Of a DNA stretch of 32,000 nt, positions 9,073-18,280 are shown in pieces (within the stretch, counting starts at the first letter, position 1; the number at the start of each line of letters is the position of its first letter). The position numbers and the translations under genes are program-made. This stretch comes from Flavobacteriaceae bacterium (GTDB lineage Bacteria; Bacteroidota; Bacteroidia; Flavobacteriales; Flavobacteriaceae): the NCBI GenBank assembly GCA_965224465.1, contig OZ245049.1, positions 3,240,001-3,272,000 on the forward strand. Reading direction: 5' to 3'. Below the pieces are notes generated by a model. The model saw only the letters and a list, made by a program, of their open reading frames with translations. It had not been told where the DNA came from and did no database searches.

Positions 9073-10278
9073 ATGAAAAATACAATTAAAATAGCAGTAG
9101 TAGTATTTCTAGCCGTCTTTGTGATATCATGTGCAGAAGATGATACTTCAGACATTATTATCAATTCTACAATCACCAATAATACGACTAATAATAGTGG
9201 TTCTGGAAACGGAAATACCTCGAAAACCGTATACCTTTCAGGGACTTATGTGGTGGATTTGAGTTTGGAAGCTGAGAATAAATATATTTTAAATGGAGCA
9301 TTGGTAATGTCTCAAGGGACTACTTTAAATATTGAGCCAGGAACGGTAATTAAAGCATTGGCTGCTGGATCTGATATTTATGTTGCAATTTCTCAAGGAG
9401 CAAAAATTAATGCAATTGGTACCGTGGCGAATCCTATCGTATTTACTTCTGATGCTACTGTACCTAAAGCTGGAGATTGGGGAGGTTTAATATTACTTGG
9501 AAAAGCACCCATCAATTCTGTAACAGGAGGAGACTTAACGTCTACTTCAGAAATTGGAGCATTGCCTTATGGAGGTGCTGTTGTTGCGGATAATTCAGGA
9601 ACTTTAAAATATGTTCGGGTAGAATATTCTGGAGGGAAAGCAGATGGTCAGTCAGAGAATAATGGCTTTTCTTTTTATGGAGTAGGGAATGGAACTACCG
9701 TATCTTATATTCAGATGTTTGAAGGATTGGATGACGGAATTGAGTTCTTCGGAGGGACTGTAAATGTTGATTTTTTATCGGTTGTAAATGCACAGGACGA
9801 TTCTATTGACTGGACGGAAGGTTTTTCTGGGAACATCACCAATGCCTATGTAAAACACGGTGTAAATCATGATAAAGGGATAGAAGCAGATGGATATAAT
9901 ACAGATATAGGAAATAACTCAAGCCCATTGTTCTTCTCTGCTCCAACGGTTACCAATGTTACTATTGTAGGCTTAGGGTCTTCTGAAGGAGGAGAAGCTG
10001 TGCGTTTAAGAGCAGGTACACAAGGTGTATTTACAAACTTTGAAATTATAGGGTTTAAAGAAGGGTTTGATTTGGATGGAGATGATACCACAAGTCCTAC
10101 AGGAAAAGGTGTTGTGAATGGGTTGTTAAAAGTAGTAGACATTACATTTACAGACATTACATTGAAAATAAAAAACGATACTGGATTTACGTTTAAAGAG
10201 TCTGATTTTATTAGTGGAGATGGTAATGGTACCGGTACAGATTATGCTACTTGGGGTGCCGGATGGACAAAAGAATAA
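9073..10278 (+). CDS. lipoprotein of unknown function, beta-helix-like, partner of the TonB-dependent receptor
   Basis: 401 aa with a lipoprotein signal (FLAVFVISC|AEDD) and an Asn/Thr/Ser-rich linker. Repetitive Gly-rich strands (GTVIKALAAGSDIYV, GDWGGLILLGKAPIN, DDGIEFFGGTVNV, DDSIDWTEGFSGN) suggest a parallel beta-helix. It starts 34 nt after the receptor gene. There are no SusD-like features. Confidence 0.6.
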   Translation: MKNTIKIAVVVFLAVFVISCAEDDTSDIIINSTITNNTTNNSGSGNGNTSKTVYLSGTYVVDLSLEAENKYILNGALVMSQGTTLNIEPGTVIKALAAGSDIYVAISQGAKINAIGTVANPIVFTSDATVPKAGDWGGLILLGKAPINSVTGGDLTSTSEIGALPYGGAVVADNSGTLKYVRVEYSGGKADGQSENNGFSFYGVGNGTTVSYIQMFEGLDDGIEFFGGTVNVDFLSVVNAQDDSIDWTEGFSGNITNAYVKHGVNHDKGIEADGYNTDIGNNSSPLFFSAPTVTNVTIVGLGSSEGGEAVRLRAGTQGVFTNFEIIGFKEGFDLDGDDTTSPTGKGVVNGLLKVVDITFTDITLKIKNDTGFTFKESDFISGDGNGTGTDYATWGAGWTKE

Positions 10279-10310
10279 ATTAGTTTTTTGTCAACAATAT
10301 ATAGAAATAA

Positions 10311-10339
10311 GGGCTGCAATGTATTGCAGCCTTTTTTTG
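10311..10339 (+). terminator. rho-independent terminator of the receptor-lipoprotein operon
   Basis: GGCTGCAAT-GT-ATTGCAGCC, a perfect 9-bp stem, followed by TTTTTTTG. It lies 33 nt after the lipoprotein stop codon. Confidence 0.75.
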
Positions 10340-10695
10340 TTGTTTTGGAGCGCTATAGGTTAAGGGAGAGAAAACAAAAAGTGTGTGGTTTATAGTGGTT
10401 ATTTGGTATAGAAATACCTGTTGACTTAGCTGTAAAAAGGGATTTTTGTCTTGTTTTGACCGTATCTAGGCTTTCGTTTTGAGTGTTTTGTCACTTGGAG
10501 TGAGGGATTCTTATTTGGGTAAAAACCTTTTTTAAAAAAGCAGCGCTTTTAAAGACAGACTTAAAGGGCTTAAGATCGTTTAGTTAGTGCTGTTTTTAGT
10601 TTTTTGGATTCTAGGAAGCCAGTGATAACGCTTAATTAAACCCATTGCTTTCAGGAAATGTAACTATTTATAATTATCTTCGTTTTCTTTTCCCC

Positions 10696-12771
10696 ATGAA
10701 ATATATAGTGCTCATTTCCCTATTTTTTTGCTCATTTTTTGGGCGTTCCCAGCTATTGGAAACGAATCAACGGAAGTTAGATTCTATGTATCAGAATGCT
10801 CTTAATACAAAGCATACTGTAGAGAATAGATGTAAAGTTTACAAAAGTATTTGTTGGAAGGTTGTATATCGAGATCATCATCAGGGCTTACAGTATGCTT
10901 CGGAATATTATTCTTTGGCAATTGCTGCTCACTTGCCTAAGCATATTGCAGCTGCATCTCATTATTTGGGGATTTCTCAGATGTTACTTGGTAATTATGA
11001 TCTTTCAAATACAAGTTTTACAGAAGGCTTAGAGATTTCTTTAAAAACTAAAAATTTTTACCGAGCAGCTATGTTGTATGCGGATTTAGGGAATCTAATG
11101 GTTAAAACAGGTAAAATAGTTGCTGGAATGGAGTTTCATGAGAAATGTCTAAAAGTAGCTGAAGAGCACCATTTAATTGTTCAAAAAGCACGTGCAAAAA
11201 TTAATATCAGTCAAATCTATGAAAATCGAGGAGACTATAAGCAAAGTCTTAAAACATTGCAAGAAGCATTGTTAATATGTAAGGAGCATAAGCTAATTGG
11301 GTATATGTCTTCTGTATATGAAAGTCTTGGAGATGTGTTTTTAAATATTAAGGAGTTTGGGTCGGTTGAGAAAAATTATAAATTGGCATTAAAATTTGCT
11401 GAGAAAACAGATAATTCGAACAGAAGAATTCATTCTTTAACTAAATTGGCTAAAGTCAATCACGAGCAAGATAGTTTAAATATAGCCTCTAACTATTATA
11501 AAGAAGCACTGGAAATTGCATCCTCAAAAAACTTTCCTGCCCTTAAAGCATTGGTGTTGTCGGGTATTGCTAGTACTAAATTGAAGCAACATAAACTGGA
11601 TGAATCATTAAAGGATATCCTAGCATCGATCGCTCTTTTTGAAGCGTATGATGTGCAAGAAGATTTAGACCAAGCGTATTTGGTCGCAGCTCAGGTGTAT
11701 ACTGCTTTAGGAAGAAAAAAAGAGAGTACAAATTATTATCAGAAGTGCTATTACTTAGCGTTTTTGAATAGTAATTTCAAGCTATTAAACAGCGTGACTA
11801 AATCCCTTGCTGTTATTTCCGAGGACAAGGGGAATCAAGTATTAGCACTTAAATACTACAAAGAGTTTATTAAATATAATGGACTAAAAAGAGATGATGA
11901 TGATGTAAAGGAACTTATTAAGTTAGAGCTTAAAGCCAATTATCGAAATAAGGTGATTTTAGATAGTTTGAGTAAGAATGCTGAAATTATGTTATTAAAG
12001 GCAGCACATAGTAGAAGTGAAGCCTATAGTTTACTCAAAACCTATTTAGCGTATGCAGGTATAGGGATACTTTTTATGATACTTATATTTGGTCTGTATT
12101 TTTTTGAGCAGAAAAAAAGAGTTGCTGTTATCCTTGTGAATAAAAATCGCATTATAGCGAAAGCGCTTAAGGATAAGGGAACGCTTTTAAACGAAGTCCA
12201 TCATCGAGTAAAAAATAATATGCAAGTCGTTTCTTCGCTATTAAAGCTAAAGTCTATGAGTACCAATAATGAGTTTGCGAAAGTAGCACTCGTTGATAGC
12301 CAGAAACAAATTGAATCTATGCTGTTGGCACATCAAAAATTACATCAAAAAGGAAGTTTTGAAAGGATCTGTATTGTGGACTATTGTCGTGATATTGTCG
12401 CATTATTGTTGGGGTCTATCAAAACGGAAAAAGATGTTTTTATGGTTCATGGTGATACCTTGCTTATTCATATAGAACAAGTTCAGACATTTGGTTTTAT
12501 TATCAATGAATTGATTACAAATAGTCTTAAACATGCTTGGGGGCAAGATCAAAAAAAGAGGATTGAGCTCACTTTTCAAAAACGAGATAACGAGGTTCTG
12601 TTTGAATATTTAGACAATGGAAAGGGAATGGCAACTGATTTTAATATTAAGGAGTCCAAATCATACGGCACAAGATTAATCTATTCGCTTGTTAAGAGAC
12701 AGTTATTAGGGAATATTGGATTCTATTCTAAGAATGGAATTCATATAAAAATAAAATTTGATGCAAGATAA
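10696..12771 (+). CDS. TPR-repeat sensor histidine kinase (HisKA_2-type phospho-acceptor plus HATPase)
   Basis: The track ORF starts at a TTG (10645). The ATG at 10696 gives MKYIVLISLFFCSFFGRSQ (signal peptide) and is preferred. It has a TPR-like region, a TM helix (YLAYAGIGILFMILIFGLYFF), the HisKA_2 signature LLNEVHHRVKNNMQVVSSLLKLK, and ATPase boxes INELITNSLKHAW, LDNGKGM and YGTRLI. Confidence 0.8.
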   Translation: MKYIVLISLFFCSFFGRSQLLETNQRKLDSMYQNALNTKHTVENRCKVYKSICWKVVYRDHHQGLQYASEYYSLAIAAHLPKHIAAASHYLGISQMLLGNYDLSNTSFTEGLEISLKTKNFYRAAMLYADLGNLMVKTGKIVAGMEFHEKCLKVAEEHHLIVQKARAKINISQIYENRGDYKQSLKTLQEALLICKEHKLIGYMSSVYESLGDVFLNIKEFGSVEKNYKLALKFAEKTDNSNRRIHSLTKLAKVNHEQDSLNIASNYYKEALEIASSKNFPALKALVLSGIASTKLKQHKLDESLKDILASIALFEAYDVQEDLDQAYLVAAQVYTALGRKKESTNYYQKCYYLAFLNSNFKLLNSVTKSLAVISEDKGNQVLALKYYKEFIKYNGLKRDDDDVKELIKLELKANYRNKVILDSLSKNAEIMLLKAAHSRSEAYSLLKTYLAYAGIGILFMILIFGLYFFEQKKRVAVILVNKNRIIAKALKDKGTLLNEVHHRVKNNMQVVSSLLKLKSMSTNNEFAKVALVDSQKQIESMLLAHQKLHQKGSFERICIVDYCRDIVALLLGSIKTEKDVFMVHGDTLLIHIEQVQTFGFIINELITNSLKHAWGQDQKKRIELTFQKRDNEVLFEYLDNGKGMATDFNIKESKSYGTRLIYSLVKRQLLGNIGFYSKNGIHIKIKFDAR

Positions 12772-13459
12772 AAAGAGTTTTAAAGTGTTGATTGTTGATG
12801 ATGACGTGTTTATTTCTGAAATGCTCTGTGTTATTTTAGAAGCGTTAGGCTATGTTGTTCAAGACATTGCTTTTGATGCTAAGAGTGCGATTGCGTCATT
12901 AAAAACAAGCCTTCCTGACGTTGTTATTTTAGATATTCAAATGCATGGTGAAAATCAGGGTTTTACAATAGCAAAGTACATTAAAGAGCATTTAGATATT
13001 CCCTATATTTTTCTGACATCGTTTGCTGATGAAGCTACGGTAATTGAGGCTTCTCAGTTTACCCCAGATGGATATTTACTAAAACCTTTTAACGAACGTG
13101 ATATCTATGCAACACTCAATGTAATTCTCAGTAAATACAATAAAGAAATAAAATACATAGATTTAAAGGTTGGGCATAGGGTGCATAAAGTGAAAAAGGA
13201 AGACCTTCTTTGGGTAAAATCCTCAGACAAGTATATTGAGATTTACACCAAACAAAGGAGTTTTGTAAAACGGGACAGTATCGAATCATTTATGGAATTT
13301 CACCAATTAAAAAGCTTTATTCGAGTACACAGGTCTTATGCTGTGAAAATAGACGAAATAGAGAGCGTAAAAGGAGCGAAAATATTTATAGCGAAGCAAG
13401 AAATACCTATTTCAAAAACCTATCAAAAAGCATTTAAAAAAGCGTATTTATTAAATTAG
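12758..13459 (+). CDS. LytTR-family response regulator (REC plus LytTR DNA-binding domain)
   Basis: 233 aa. REC residues: LIVDDD, VILDIQM, FLTSF, LLKPF. The C-terminal LytTR domain reads DLLWVKSSDKYIEIYTKQRSFVKRDSIESFMEF...FIRVHRSYAVKIDEIESV...IPISKTYQKAFKK. It overlaps the kinase gene by 14 nt. Confidence 0.9.
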   Translation: MMQDKKSFKVLIVDDDVFISEMLCVILEALGYVVQDIAFDAKSAIASLKTSLPDVVILDIQMHGENQGFTIAKYIKEHLDIPYIFLTSFADEATVIEASQFTPDGYLLKPFNERDIYATLNVILSKYNKEIKYIDLKVGHRVHKVKKEDLLWVKSSDKYIEIYTKQRSFVKRDSIESFMEFHQLKSFIRVHRSYAVKIDEIESVKGAKIFIAKQEIPISKTYQKAFKKAYLLN

Positions 13460-13547
13460 AATTTCATAAAAAATAGTGTTTTTTTATAGCGTCATATTTC
13501 TCTTGTAAAAAAGAGGGCAACGTCAATTACAGGTGCTACAGTGTCTA

Positions 13548-13577
13548 TTCACGGACAAAACCCCTTCATTCACGACA
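13548..13577 (+). promoter_or_regulatory. direct-repeat operator candidate, copy A: TTCACGGACA-N11-TTCACGACA
   Basis: The half-sites start 21 nt apart (13548 and 13569) and are followed by TTTATTTTTTT. The flanks and the spacer differ from the other copies while the half-sites are conserved. Confidence 0.5.
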
Positions 13578-13736
13578 TTTATTTTTTTATGAATGATTAA
13601 AATATTAATGTTGCACATCAATTCGTTTAAGTAGTTAGTATTGCTTTTATGAAATGATGGATGTGTATTATTTTGAATGAATGTATTGTTTTTTAAAAAA
13701 TGAGAAAGAGTAGTATGGAGCACTTACCTCCATGGT

Positions 13737-13897
13737 ACCAATTACAATGCAAAATGACCGATATGAATAGTTTATTTCACGTTCTGTAATTGTTGAAAAA
13801 CAGAACGATAGCTAAGGATATCCATTCGTTTTTCTCCTACCTAAAACAAAAAATAAGTCCATTTATAAACCGTCAATGGAAATGTGTTTGGTATTAT
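13737..13897 (-). repeat. noncoding repeat family R, copy R1 (inverted relative to R3/R4)
   Basis: Aligns by eye with 14355..14500 and, as a reverse complement, with 23897..24083 and 29148..29250. Shared strings include AAAATGACCGAT and AAACCGTCAATGGAAATGTGTTTGG. No ORF is conserved. Confidence 0.6.
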
Positions 13898-13910
13898 ATA
13901 TAGTCTCTAG

Positions 13911-14203
13911 TGAAGAATGTTCGGATGTTAATTCTGGAATTTAGGGAACTAACAGTCGACTTTAAATATATTTTTGAGAATAGCTTTATACCTGTAGAAG
14001 TAAATTCAATGGGTATCATTGGGGAGTAAGGGTTTTTTAAAACCGTTACTTCCTAAGGCTATTTCAAGAAAAAATATCAATCAATATTTTAAGGGTGATT
14101 TTGTCCTGAAAGCACTTAAGTAATAGCGATAAAAAACGATGTAACGGTTTCTTTTTAAACGGTATTAAGTTTATTAGGTATCGATAATCAAATAACGTTA
14201 AAT
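13911..14203 (+). pseudogene. highly decayed remnant homologous to 15100..15437 (TonB C-terminal-domain-like gene fragment)
   Basis: Shares blocks with the second remnant: GTTACTTCCTAAGGCTATTT vs GCTACTTCCTAAAGCTATTT, and GGTATTAAGTTTATTAGGTATCGATAATCAAATAACGTTAAA vs GCGTATTAAGTTTGTTGGTTATCGATAATCAAATAACGTTAAA. No intact reading frame remains. Confidence 0.25.
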
Positions 14204-14354
14204 ATTAGTATTTACGAAGAACTACATAGTCCTAATTCACATAGTCCAGTTTTTTATTTCTTTATTTTTTTAACTCGTAAAGTTAAACCCTGTTTTTTGA
14301 GTTAGATATTGGCAGGTGTTAAATATACAGCGCTGGAAAGAAGGGAGGTGTAAT

Positions 14355-14500
14355 TCAATTACAACCCAAAATGACCGATCTGAATAGTTTGTTTTACATT
14401 CTAGCGTTGTTATAAAAAGGCTATCCATCCATTTTCCGCCTAGTTAAAACAAAAAATAAGTCTATTTCTAAACCGTCAATGGAAATGTGTTTGGCGTAAT
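14355..14500 (-). repeat. noncoding repeat family R, copy R2
   Basis: Same family as R1. Relative to the homologous leader at 19285..19360, this block looks like an insertion of roughly 200 bp between GGGAGG and GTTGTTTTA(A/G)GAGAGGCATCATATCCACGATCC. Confidence 0.6.
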
Positions 14501-14702
14501 AGGCATTATCTATTTTTTAAAAGCACAAATTAGAATGGCGTTGTTGTTTTAAGAGAGGCATCATATCCACGATCCAACGAATTATTTCGGGGGACAATAT
14601 GAAGAAACTTTATTTTTTTTAGGGATTAAACCTGAATTATAATTTAAAGTAGAAACGAATAAAGCACCTCAAAAAAAGCAAAAAAACATATTATACAGTC
14701 TG

Positions 14703-14732
14703 TTCACGGACACAAGTCTTTGATCCACGACA
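14703..14732 (+). promoter_or_regulatory. direct-repeat operator candidate, copy B: TTCACGGACA-N11-TCCACGACA
   Basis: Half-sites at 14703 and 14724 (21-nt phasing). The site sits in the leader upstream of the small ORF / adhesin 1. It is identical to copy C, including the spacer. Confidence 0.5.
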
Positions 14733-14993
14733 TTTCTTTTTATATGAATTATGAAAGCATTAATGTTGTCTATCAATTTGTTTATGTCTATTTCAAATAA
14801 GATGTAAAACGCCTTTTTAATTGGTTTAATTGCTGATTATATGTAGTGATTGGTATGTTGTGTTTTGGTTGGATGTGTTTTTTTACAGAAAAAACATGTA
14901 AAAAGATGCTGTTTGTGGACGGGTGCCTTTTGTGATATATTTCAATATCCCCTTTTTTTTGTCTCCACTTTTTAATAATTAAACGAATGTTTT

Positions 14994-15437
14994 ATGAAAA
15001 TAATAAGTACGTGTGTATTGTTTTTAATGCTGTGTTTTATGATGAGTGTTGCTCAAAATAAGAAAGAGTATGTAGCTGCTCTTTTACCTCCATTAAATTT
15101 AGTTGCTAAGAAAAATTGTGTGGATGTAAATCCTGAATTTATTTCAATAACAATCCTGAGTTACAGGGGCTGATAATGGATTTCAAAAGAGTTTTACAAA
15201 ACAGCTTTATTCCAGTAGCGTTTGATGTGTCTTCAAATGGTATTGTTGAGAGTGCAACAGTTTTTAAACTGCTACTTCCTAAAGCTATTTTAAAAAATAA
15301 TGAAGTTGATCTTAATCCTTTTTAGGTAATTTATTGGGATAAAAATCATTAAAAAAGCAGCAAATAAAAACGGGGTAGCTGTTGCTTTTAAAAGCGTATT
15401 AAGTTTGTTGGTTATCGATAATCAAATAACGTTAAAC
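14994..15437 (+). pseudogene. frameshifted TonB C-terminal-domain-like secreted protein gene: an intact 59-aa signal-peptide ORF (14994..15173), then out-of-frame remnants
   Basis: 14994..15173 encodes MKIISTCVLFLMLCFMMSVAQNKKEYVAALLPPLNLVAKKNCVDVNPEFISITILSYRG*. The VDVNPEF motif resembles the V-x-PxFPGG entry of flavobacterial TonB_C-type proteins. A shifted frame (15176..15325) gives MDFKRVLQNSFIPVAFDVSSNGIVESATVF..., and a third frame gives ...NKNGVAVAFKSVLSL.... The family assignment is tentative. Confidence 0.3.
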
Positions 15438-15464
15438 CCCATTACTCATTAAATAATAACAGAA

Positions 15465-18266
15465 ATGAAAAAAATATTAATTTTAGTAACAATCATGTTT
15501 ACAAGTTTTGTGTTTTCACAAAATAGAGGTAAAGTATGGTATTTTGGAGACAAAGCAGGTTTAGATTTTAATACAGATCCACCAACAGTTCTAACGAATG
15601 GTATGTTATCTACAAATGAAGGCTGTGCTTCAATATCGGACGCTTCGGGTAGTTTATTGTTTTATACTGGAGGGAGAAAGGTTTATAATAAGAATCATGT
15701 TCTAATGCCAAATGGGACAAGTGGTTTGGGAGGGGACACTTCAAGTGCTCAGTCTTCAATAATTGTTCCAGATCCAGGTAATCCAGACAGGTTTTATATT
15801 TTTGCTGTTTCTGTATACCCAAGTTCTAATGTTGTTTATTCATTAATAGATATGACCTTGGATGGAGGGAACGGGGATGTGGTTTCTGGTGCAAAGGCGA
15901 TGCCATTATTAATAGGAACTTCAGAGTGTATACAAGCTACTTTATCTGCTGATGGAACTTTTTGGTGGGTGTTAATGAATAAAGCCAATACAAATTCATA
16001 TTATGCATACAAAGTTACTGCTTCAGGAGTCGATGCTACACCCGTAATATCTTCTCTAGGAGCTGCTTCACAGGTAAGTGGAGGTATTTCTTATATTAAA
16101 TTTAATATCTCAGGCAGCAAAATGGTGAAAACTGGATTTTATATTAATTCTTTTGACTTATGTGATTTTGATACAGCTACTGGAGAAGTGACCTCTTCTT
16201 TGACCTTTCCCCTTGATAAGGCGTATGGTGTTGATTTTTCCCCAAATGGTAGGTTTATATATGTTGGGTCACTTAATACAGGTGTATATCAATATGATTT
16301 AAATGCAGGAAGTACGCAAGTAGCAATTGAGGCGTCAAAGTTTGAGGTGTTTACTGGTCGTAGTATAGGTGCTATTCAGGCCGCTCCTAACGGAAAAATA
16401 TATGTATCAAGATTTCAAAGTAGTCTTGATTATATTGGGAGTCCCAATAGTTTAGGGGTGGCGTGTGGCTACGTTTCTCAAGGCCAGAGTTTATCGGGTA
16501 AGTATGCGGCATTTGGTCTTCCAAATATAGTGTCCTTTTTTGTATCTACGGGGCCTCCTATTTTATCTAATTGTAGTACAACGTTGTTAACAGAGAATAG
16601 TGTTTCCTTAAATGTAGATGTTACTGGAGATGGTGGAGAAGACATCAGTCAAAGAGGGTTTTATTATGGTACAAGCCCAAATCCAACAACTAATCAGACC
16701 TTGGTTGCTGGTACTATAGGAACAATGGGGACTCCAGTTACTGGTTTAGTACCGGGGACTTTGTACTATTATAGGGGGTTTGCTACCAATTCTAATGGGA
16801 CGACTTATATGGCTGATTGTACATTTACAACGATTGTTTCAACCAATAATTACCCTACAATTACTGCTATTTCTAACCAATTTATTTGTCCAAATTCAGC
16901 GACAGCTCCGTTGTCTTTTACTATAGATGATGCTGAAACTCCAGTTGCTTCTTTAGTTGTTTCTGCCGTTTCTTCAAATACTACGTTGATACCAAATGCA
17001 AGTATTGTTATATCAGGTTCTGGAGCAACTCAAAGGGTTACAGTAACACCTGCTCTTGGTCAGACGGGTCTGGTAACCATTACTTTAACCGTATCGGATA
17101 CAGATTCAGGAACTGTAAGATCTATCTATACAGTAGATATAATTGATGTGACCAATCCTGAAATACCAACCTTGTCTGATATAACAAGCGAATGTTCGGT
17201 ACTTGTACCTGTACCAACTACGACAGATAATTGTACAGGAACAATTACAGGGACAACAGATGATCCATTGACCTATACAGCAATAGGTTCCTATACCGTT
17301 AACTGGAAATTTTCGGATGGGAATGGAAATTCAATTTTAGTTGCACAGAAAGTTACCATTACTGATGTGACCAAGCTAGTAGTCCCAACCTTGTCAGACA
17401 TAACAAGTGAATGTTCGGTACTTGTACCTGTACCAACTACGACAGGCAGCTGTACAGGAACAATCACAGGAACAACAGATGACCCGACGACCTATACAAC
17501 ACAGGGTTCTTATACAATCAATTGGACATTTGATGATGGAAACGGAAACTCAATTGTAGTTCCACAAAAAGTAGTTGTTAAAGACGTGACCAAACCTGTA
17601 GCAATAGCTCAAGACCTTACACTCACGTTAGATGATTTGGGTGAGGGTAGTATTTTAGCTTCAGATATTGATACTGGAAGTTCTGATAATTGTGACTTCA
17701 CCTTATCATTAGATATAGATACGTTTGATTGCTATACGATAGGTGATTATACGGTAATACTTAATGTTGAAGATGCAGCAGGGAATATTTCAACAGCGGC
17801 CGCTGTAGTGACTATTATGGGGGATGATAATGATGCTGATGGGATGGTAGATGCCTGTGATGAAGATGATGATAATGACGGTATTTTAGATGTAGATGAT
17901 AATTGTCCATGGAAATCAAATCCAAAACAAATTGATTTAGACAAAGACGGAACCGGAGATGTATGTGACGATTCTGTGGATATTTCAGTGACTCCTAACG
18001 ATACATTGACCCCAAATGGTGATGGTGTAAATGATTCTTGGCATATAGAAAATATACAGAAATATCCTTATGCTACCGTAAAAGTATTTAATAGAAATGG
18101 AGTTGAAGTATTTAAAAGTTCGAATTATAAAAATGATTGGGGAGGAGAATCTGCTAAAGGAGGAAGCGGCTTATTACCTGCAAATTCCTATTATTATATC
18201 ATCAATTTAAACCAACCTAAATCTGGTGCAAGTCCAATTACAGGGTGGTTTTATATTAATTATTAG
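15465..18266 (+). CDS. T9SS type-B cargo adhesin 1: propeller-like head, FN3/Ig-like domains, 2 HYR-like repeats, TSP3-like Ca motifs, gliding-motility C-terminal sorting domain
   Basis: 933 aa with signal peptide MKKILILVTIMFTSFVFSQ and a unique N-terminal ~560 aa. The C-terminal 228 aa are shared with the other two adhesins: [28 protein letters not shown]...[13 protein letters not shown], then [16 protein letters not shown]...VKVFNRNG...YKNDWGG...SYYYIINL...ITGWFYINY. This is the signature of the Bacteroidota gliding-motility / T9SS type-B CTD. Confidence 0.9.
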   Translation: MKKILILVTIMFTSFVFSQNRGKVWYFGDKAGLDFNTDPPTVLTNGMLSTNEGCASISDASGSLLFYTGGRKVYNKNHVLMPNGTSGLGGDTSSAQSSIIVPDPGNPDRFYIFAVSVYPSSNVVYSLIDMTLDGGNGDVVSGAKAMPLLIGTSECIQATLSADGTFWWVLMNKANTNSYYAYKVTASGVDATPVISSLGAASQVSGGISYIKFNISGSKMVKTGFYINSFDLCDFDTATGEVTSSLTFPLDKAYGVDFSPNGRFIYVGSLNTGVYQYDLNAGSTQVAIEASKFEVFTGRSIGAIQAAPNGKIYVSRFQSSLDYIGSPNSLGVACGYVSQGQSLSGKYAAFGLPNIVSFFVSTGPPILSNCSTTLLTENSVSLNVDVTGDGGEDISQRGFYYGTSPNPTTNQTLVAGTIGTMGTPVTGLVPGTLYYYRGFATNSNGTTYMADCTFTTIVSTNNYPTITAISNQFICPNSATAPLSFTIDDAETPVASLVVSAVSSNTTLIPNASIVISGSGATQRVTVTPALGQTGLVTITLTVSDTDSGTVRSIYTVDIIDVTNPEIPTLSDITSECSVLVPVPTTTDNCTGTITGTTDDPLTYTAIGSYTVNWKFSDGNGNSILVAQKVTITDVTKLVVPTLSDITSECSVLVPVPTTTGSCTGTITGTTDDPTTYTTQGSYTINWTFDDGNGNSIVVPQKVVVKDVTKPVAIAQDLTLTLDDLGEGSILASDIDTGSSDNCDFTLSLDIDTFDCYTIGDYTVILNVEDAAGNISTAAAVVTIMGDDNDADGMVDACDEDDDNDGILDVDDNCPWKSNPKQIDLDKDGTGDVCDDSVDISVTPNDTLTPNGDGVNDSWHIENIQKYPYATVKVFNRNGVEVFKSSNYKNDWGGESAKGGSGLLPANSYYYIINLNQPKSGASPITGWFYINY
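17145..17582 (+). repeat. in-frame tandem repeat, 2 x 219 nt (73-aa HYR-like unit)
   Basis: Units start at 17145 and 17364; the next domain starts at 17583. Unit consensus: [73 protein letters not shown]. Confidence 0.9.
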
Positions 18267-18280
18267 TAAAAAATAGATAA

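Noticed and set aside
13523-13723. A 66-aa minus-strand ORF overlapping direct-repeat copy A.
   Set aside because: It is AT-rich and low-complexity (N/I/K/H-rich). It is not conserved in the homologous block at 14.7 kb and has no recognisable domain.
17747-17944. A 65-aa antisense ORF ([20 protein letters not shown]...) conserved in all three cassettes; the other copies are at 22416-22613 and 27664-27861.
   Set aside because: It lies antisense to the GAT/GAC-rich TSP3-like coding segment and is Ser-rich and low-complexity. Its conservation is fully explained by duplication of the sense-strand gene. It has no independent start context.
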